A stretch of 64,000 nt of DNA, from NCBI RefSeq assembly GCF_009914755.1, contig NC_060933.1; one strand, written 5' to 3'. Both the position numbers and the translations under genes were made by a program. Within the stretch, counting starts at the first letter, position 1. The number at the start of each line of letters is the position of its first letter. The DNA comes from the human T2T-CHM13v2.0 reference genome, Homo sapiens. This document shows positions 53,596 to 64,000 of the stretch, piece by piece. Under the pieces are notes generated by a model. That model did no database searches, was not told the DNA's origin, and saw only the letters and a list, made by a program, of their open reading frames with translations.

Positions 53596-54846
53596 TCACT
53601 AAGAGTCTAGTCTCCTGACCCTGATGCCACCTGCATCCCAACCAGGGCCCCCGAGGCCTCACTCCAGCTGCCTAGCACGCTGCCTTAGGCCTTGCTCCTT
53701 GTGGAAAAAATAAGCCCCGAGGGCAACAGTTGTGACAACAAAGAGACAGAGGAGAGCGAAGGCCTCTGTTAAACCATTGATGAGTTCTGGAAGCAGGCTA
53801 GTAACAAGCTCTGTCACTGACAAAAGCTTGTTTTTTAGCAGCTTAAAACAACACATGGTTATTATCTCACAGTTTCCGTGAGTCAGGGGTCTGGGCATTG
53901 CTTAGCTACATCCAAAACATTTTGTATAGAAAACAAAAAGTTGCCACTTGACCCTTACCCGCTTATTCTAGAAACATCTCCGGTCGAAGCAGGCTCTGGG
54001 CTCAGCTCTGGAAAGCAGGAGCTGAGTGACCCATGGCCCCTGCCCATTGGGACTTCATGGTCCAGAGGCGTGGGATGGGGATGAAGGAAGGACTCAATCT
54101 TCACCAGGCCAGCGGGTATCAGGGACAGCCTACCACAGTGCCATGGCCTGCTGGGCTTTGAGGGCGGTCTGGAGGGATGGTGGGGGGAAGGGAACTCCAA
54201 GGGAAGAACTGGTGTCTGGCAACGCAGGGAGGCCTGGGGTAAATGGAAGGGGAAGGGCAGGCTGGGTGGTGGACAGGGTTCTCTGGGGAGACTAGAGGAG
54301 ACCCAAGGGTCCTGAGAGCCAGCCCAACATCAGAAACCTGATCCTAGAGCCAGGAGGACAATGGGGAGCTATTGGGCGTAACAGAGCAGAGTGCCGCAAT
54401 TGAAGCTTGGCTTAGAGAATCATCTGGCCTCTTTTACAGGATGGAAAGAATGTCAGAGTGCAGGCAGAGAAGTCACGGTGTTGCCCTTTAGGCTGGGCAG
54501 GTGTGGACGACTAAGGTGTGTACACCAGAGGTATTCCAGTGCAGAGCTCACAGTGCCTGGGGGCTGACTGCATGTCCAGGAGGATGGAGGCACCATGGGT
54601 AGCCTGTTTGCTGAAATGGACCCAGATGATCTTTCCTCTCCCCTGCTCTGAAGCAGATGCCTCCCACTTGGGTCAGTAACCCCTCCCAGCTTTGCAACTC
54701 TGTGTCCTGTTCTTTCCTTTTTTGGAGGGGCGGGTAAAGGGTCTCACTCTGTCACCAAGGCTAGAGTGCAATGGCGCAATCTTAGCTCACCACAACCTCT
54801 GCTCCTCCAGGCTCAAGTGATCTTCCTACTTCAGCCTCCTGAGTAG

Positions 54847-55197
<351 letters not shown>

Positions 55198-55448
55198 TAA
55201 GTGGCTACTAAAAACAGTTATTTTTTTGGACCCAACAATACTACTTCTGTGATTCCACATTAAAGGAATAATTGGAAAAAAGGAAACTGTGTTATGCAGA
55301 AAAAATGTTCATTTCTAAAATCCAATGCTCACCAATATAAGATCAAGTGGGCAAGTAAATTAAGGAAATTCCCTCAATGACAGTTATGAATGTGGGAAAA
55401 TACAAAGGACAAAACATTAAGCAAAGAACAAAATGTGTGCTATAGTTA

Positions 55449-55718
<270 letters not shown>

Positions 55719-55986
55719 TCACTGCACTCCAGCCTGGGTGGCAGAGTGAGGGAAAAAAAAAAAAGGCATCATCTCCTAGCCATTAAGAAAAAGGCTGGAA
55801 GGAAACACATCAAAAACATTAACAGTAAAGAACACCCCAACAAAACATGACCAGTGATGATTTTTGGGTGGTGGGACTATGGGAAATTTCTGAAAAACCT
55901 GGCCTTTACTACTGTGCATTTTCTGAATTTTCTATAATGTGAATTGTCTTCATCATAAAAAAAAAAAGGAATGGGTAAACCTTTTA

Positions 55987-56379
<393 letters not shown>

Positions 56380-58367
56380 TCAGGAGGTGGGCTGCAGGGA
56401 GGGAGGGTCGGGGGCCTTGCTGTCAGCCGGGTCTTCTGGATGTCACCATCTGTCCCCACTTGTGGCCCTGCTGAGTCCTGCTGAGCAAATGCAGACTGGG
56501 GATGTGACAGCTGTCCAGTTCTCCTGCACCCCTATGACTGGTTCATGCACAGACCTGCCCAAGGCTACAGTGGAAGGGAACTTCAGATAAGATCTCAGCT
56601 TTCTCCCTCACTCTCTAGGGAATACTAATATCCAGAAGGGTGAAGAGGTCTGCCCAAGGCCGCACAGCAATATGGTAGCAAAAATGGGCTGTGTTTTTAG
56701 AAATTCACTCCAGTCTTTTTTCTATTAAACTAAGCAGATCCCTTGTGTCTGAGACTTCTATTGTCCCCAAGCACACACAGACACCCAGAATAGCGACTAC
56801 ATTTTTCAGCTGCCCTAGAGGCTAGGCGTGGCATATTGCTAGCTTCTGGACAATGCCTGTAAATAGAAGTGGTGTGCACATGTTCTGGGAAGTGTCTTTA
56901 AAGGGAAGAGGTGTTGCTTTTCCTCCTTCCTAACAGCTGGAGTGGAATGTGATGGGTGGAGCTTCAGCATCCGTCTTAGATCACAAGGCTATGACGTGGA
57001 ACCTGTGTAATGATGATGTGGGGGCTGCAAGATGCAAGGAACTGAGATTCTGGGAGCCTTACCCCAGCCCTAGACTGCTTACCTCTGGACTAGGTTTACC
57101 TGAGAGGAACATTTCCTGTCTCTTCAACCATTATTATTTTGGGTTTTTCTGTGACTTGCAGCTCTACTCCTAACCAATAGATGTCTTGACAGAAATGGAC
57201 AGGGTAGAGGCCAACTATGATCTGAAGCAGGGTGTCGAGGGTTTAACCCTTATGGGTGGTCTAAGGGGAGGGCGGGCTGCAGGGACAGCTCAGGTGGGTG
57301 TAGGGCAGAATGGTGGTGTGGTGGGCAGGAGGAAGAGCCAAGATGGCTGACTGGTACAGGGACCTCTGCTTTAGTGCAGCCCCTCCAAGAGGCCTTCTCT
57401 CTCACAAAGGCCCCTCTTCCCTTCGGCTTCAGCAGGGCAGCTTCAGGCGTCTGACAGCTGCATGAACCATTTAACATCACACTGAGGACCTGTGTTTAGA
57501 GATTCGATGGCAGCATAACGCTGTGTGGTAGAAGCAGGGCTGGACACAAGGCCAGGGGATATGGAATCTGCTCTGCCATCTGTTGGCTGGGTGACCTGGG
57601 CAAGTCACTTCACCTCTCAGGACCTTACTTTCAACGTCTGTGGACTGGGAATAATAATAATAATAATATCTATGTCACAGGGTTTGTGTGTGGATGAAAT
57701 GGGAGGATGGATGTCAAAGCACTCTGTAGACTGAAATGTTCTGTACCAAGGTAATTTCAAAGCTATTTGTAATTGATCTTATTTTATACAAGCATGATTG
57801 TTTTCCTCTCCCTTGTCTTTTATCCTTTCTCTAAATGTGTTATCTCACAGCCTGATTTATTCCTTTTAAAAAATTCCTTTTAAAATGGGGAACCAGGCTA
57901 GGCATGGTGGCTCACACCTGTAATCCCAGCACTTTGGGAGGCCAAGGCAGGTGGATTATCTGAGGTCACGAGTTTGAGACCAGCCTGGGCAAGGTGGTGA
58001 AACCCCAACTCTACTAAAAATATAAAAATTAGCTGGGCATGGTGGTGCATGCCTGTAATTTTAGCTACTTGGGAGGCTGAGGCAGGAGAATCGCTTGAAC
58101 CCAGGAGGCGGAGGTTGCAGTGAGCAGAGATCCTATCAGCCATGCTACTGATGGGCCACCAAGCCACTGTGAAGGTCTCCACAATAAATGTGGGCTACTC
58201 TGGGGACCTGGTGGTTGGCTGTAAATCTCTAAAGAGTGTCAGGAGGAAACACAAAGTAACTTGTTCTTAGGCCCTCAAAAAGTAGAATGAGGGTTCATGG
58301 GCACAAGTTACACTGAGGAAGATTTCCGCTGAGGATTAGGAAGAACTTTCTAGAAAAGCACTCCATC

Positions 58368-58815
58368 TGTGGGTTGAATGGTGACTCTAAAAGATATGTC
58401 CATATCTTAATTCCTGGAAACCGTGAATGTGACCTTATTTGGAAAAAGGGTATTTGCAGATATAATGAAGGATCTTGAGATGAGATCATCCTGGATTATC
58501 TGGAAGGACCCCAAATCCAATGATAAGTGTCCTTATAAAGGACACACAAAGGAGACCCTTGGGGAGAAGAAGAGAAGGCCATGTGGAGACAGAGGCAGAA
58601 ACTAGAGTCATGCGGTCACAAGCCAAGGCATGCCTGGAACCATCAGGTGCCGGAAGAGGCAAGGACGGATTCTCTCCTGGAGCCTTCAGAGGGACCACAA
58701 GTGTCTGTCTGGATTTTGGACCTCTGGCCTCCACAACTAGGAAAGAATACATTTCTGTTTGTTTTGTAAGCCACTGTTTTGTGGTAATTTGTTATGACAG
58801 CCAAAGGAAACGAAC
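58368..58815 (+). mobile_element. MLT1C/D-like MaLR LTR
   Basis: GAATGTGACCTTATTTGGAAAAAGGG...TTTGTGGTAATTTGTTATGACAGCC. Confidence 0.75.
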
Positions 58816-60211
58816 ACATCATCCACGAATGGCACAGGCTCCTTTGAAGAGGGCGAGCGCCCCATCACTGGAGGTATAGAAGCAGTTAGTCAATGAATGC
58901 TTTGGGGGATGCTCAGGGTGGGCTGGGGATTGGGGCCAAAACATCTGGCAGTGGGGTGGACCCAAAGGGCTGTGTGTGCTTCTCCCAGCCTTGAGATTCT
59001 GTGGCTCTAAAATAGAAGGATTAGGGGGATGGCAGTGGGATTTTAGTCATAAACCTTAAGGGCCAGGAGGCTGGGGACAGTTCCTTGCATGTTCTAAATG
59101 GTGAAGCATTTGTGCTATTAAATATAGCTTTTGTTGACATGAGCTGGCTGAAGCTGTTAGCTTCACGGGAAGACATACAGTCATTTCTCATCTCCAACCA
59201 CTTTGGAAGTAGGTGGGAGAAGACAATGAATGATCAAAACATTACAAATAAATCCAGTTTAAAGATGTCAATATGATTCATCGTAATCTATTTTCACGGA
59301 ATGAGTCTCAGAATCAAGGAACATTAAGGATGGAAGGATCACGGAGACAGTCTAGATTCTCTCTATTCAACCAGGGTCAGGGAGGCACAGGTCATTGACA
59401 TGACATGCTTTCCCATGACAGGGAGCTTGTCCTTCTTAGGGGCTCCATGGCATCTATGGACAGGGCTGCCTGTTACAAGAATCCATCTTTACATGGAGAT
59501 GGAGTCTGCCTTCCAGCAACTTTGCTTGGGGCTGACGGTTCTGCCCTCAGGTCTGTGCCACCCATTGCTGAGAGCTCTTCCAAGTTTCTGGTGACTATGA
59601 GTGTGTCCTTGTCCAAACCCAGGACCTTTGGCCAGTCCTCAAGTTCCTATTTCTATATTGGGTACCTCCTGTGGACACCCCCAGGGTCATTACCTTGTGC
59701 TCAGATTGCAGCCCAGTGGTCCTGTTGCTTGCATGGGAGCTCAAAAGACTTCTATGGAAAACCATAAAAGGGTGTCAACTGGTATGAAGTGGGGACCAAT
59801 CTTTGTCTAGGGTCCTCTTACATGCCCTTCTGGCATGGCCTCTCAAAGGACACAGGATCAATCACTAACACTTCAGTGATGCAGCAGCAGGTAAGAATGC
59901 ATTTGAGCAGCACAAGAGATTCCAGTTTATTTGACTTTTGGAGAGAGGGCTTCATTTTTGGCCTCTAAGTGGGGTCAAACGGGGGTGAATGGTGACTTAA
60001 CCTCCCTGTGGAAAGATCTGAGGAGGGCGCAGTGACCAGCTTTGTGTCACTAGATGGCTTTCAGTGGAAGCATGGTTTATATAGGATATAGGAGAGAAGA
60101 TTCAAGGATCAACCTGGGCTGAAATATGGTGGAGCTGACCTTTCAAGTTCTTCCTAATGTTGGAATTTCACAACGTGGGCTTGGTATGTGATCTTTGATT
60201 TTTTTTTTTGA

Positions 60212-60370
<159 letters not shown>

Positions 60371-60864
60371 TAGTAGAGATGGGGTTTTGCCACGTTGGTC
60401 AGGCTGGTCTCGAACTCCTGACCTCAGGTGACCCACCCACCTCGGCCTCTCAAAGTGCTGGCATTGCAAGCATGAGCCACAGCACCTAGCATGATCTTTG
60501 ATTTCAAAAGATGAGTAAAGTGGAAAGAGTGCTGGGTTTGCAGTTTGGAGGTTACTAGGCAGCTTTTGGCAAATCATTTAACCTCTCTGAGGCTTACCCT
60601 CCTCATCTATTAAATGGGGATGATCCTGCCCACCTCCCATGGACTTAAGAGAGGGTCCGCTGAAATGCTGGACATGAACATGCACTGGATGTCGGCAGAC
60701 TGCTCTTCCTGGGAGTAGTGCAGTGACAGCTGTAAGGCACAGCCACGAGTTTTTGGGTTACTCTCTGGTTAAGATCTTGACTCTGCCACTTACTAGCCAG
60801 ATGACCTTGGGCAAGACACCAAGCCTCAGTGTCATCAGTGAAATGAGGATGTTATTTGTACCTA

Positions 60865-61260
<396 letters not shown>

Positions 61261-61929
61261 TCAGCAGGCCATTTGGACCCCATCTCTGTGTTCCTAAGGT
61301 GTGGAGCCCAGGCCTCAACTAGCGTTGACTGCCTTCTGTTTGTTGGTAGCAATTCAACCCTGCACTCCAGTTCTCTGCATAATTCATGCCTCTCCAATTT
61401 GAGTCAGAGCTCCTGAGGGTAGGAACTGGGTCACTTCTTTGCCCCTAGGATCTAACACAAAACCTGGCCCAATGCAGGTACCGCTAATATTTGTTGTGAG
61501 AATGAGGTATAAAGTTAGGTCAGGAGGTCTTCAGGTATCTCTGGGGTTACCTCTGTGCAACTGGAGATATAGGATATACTGGCCTGCCCAAGCCTGGGGC
61601 CTGCCAAACCCTTCTGAGGAGACCCTCTTGCCCACAGCCCCACTGCTGGAGCAGTGATGGCAGCCAGGTTGTGTACCACATGACTCATCCTTGGCCAGAG
61701 CTGACTGGACAAAGAATGGGCACCTGACCCCAGGCAGCCAATCCAGAGGCTTGTCAGATACCTATGAGGTTTCCTCCTACAAAGTGCTCTGCCTAATGAG
61801 GGTTGATGGAGAGGATCCCTCCTGAGCACATTCTCTCTGGCAGGAACTTGAATTGGGAAACTCTGGGAGATAATTGGCCAGATGGTGGCAACAAGACAAA
61901 AAGACACCCAGGGAATGAAACAACATCTA

Positions 61930-63600
<1,671 letters not shown>

Positions 63601-64000
63601 TGTGTTCAGGATGTTATATTCTGATGGAGTTGTGCTGTTGAGGCCCAGGGTAAAGCCACACTCCTGAGGGTAAGGCATGGGCATCCCCAGGGTCAATCAC
63701 TAGGAAGAAGGTACTTTGATGGGACCCAGGGGTAGAAGGCAGGTCTTAGACGGGTAGCGTTTAGAAACTAGTTTTTTGGTCTTGCTCTCCAGGTGTGACC
63801 TTTGAAGCAGGCAATGGACCTGGGCTTCTGTGAGGTGGGGGAAAGATGGTGCTCCCACGTGAAAGCAGGAGGAGCTAGGAGGGGTGGGACCTGGGGGTTC
63901 AGGCCATTTTTTGACCAGATCATCCTGCTGTGTGTTCTCTCAGGCTTGATTTGCCTTTCGCTGTCCCAAGCCACAGAAAGCCTTAGCTCAACCTCTTTGG

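Overview
This is mammalian genomic DNA, recognisably human 9q22.33. The six-frame ORF track is mostly noise, because the real genes are spliced. Two genes lie in tandem on the minus strand. (1) The last six coding exons of GABBR2 (GABA-B receptor subunit 2; 61149 down to the stop at 40528), followed by a ~2.5 kb 3'UTR ending near 38030-38060. (2) About 32 kb further downstream, the CpG-island promoter and first two coding exons of TBC1D2 (Armus Rab7-GAP, N-terminal PH domain). The intergenic gap holds the most unusual structure: three independent HERV-H/LTR7 insertions within 10 kb, all oriented in the sense of both genes. One is a ~6 kb deleted HERV-H provirus with a 5' LTR truncated at its flank, a triplicated 54-bp leader repeat and a near-consensus AluYa5 nested inside it; the other two are solo LTR7s with perfect, different 5-bp TSDs. 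The rest is Alu, L1, MIR, MaLR and DNA-transposon sequence, including several Alus with templated fold-back repair scars. I found no convincing novel protein-coding system; the best candidate for new biology is regulatory (the LTR7 cluster). Exon, LTR and TSD coordinates were read base by base. Boundaries of old repeats are approximate, and family names are from recalled consensus sequences, not a search.
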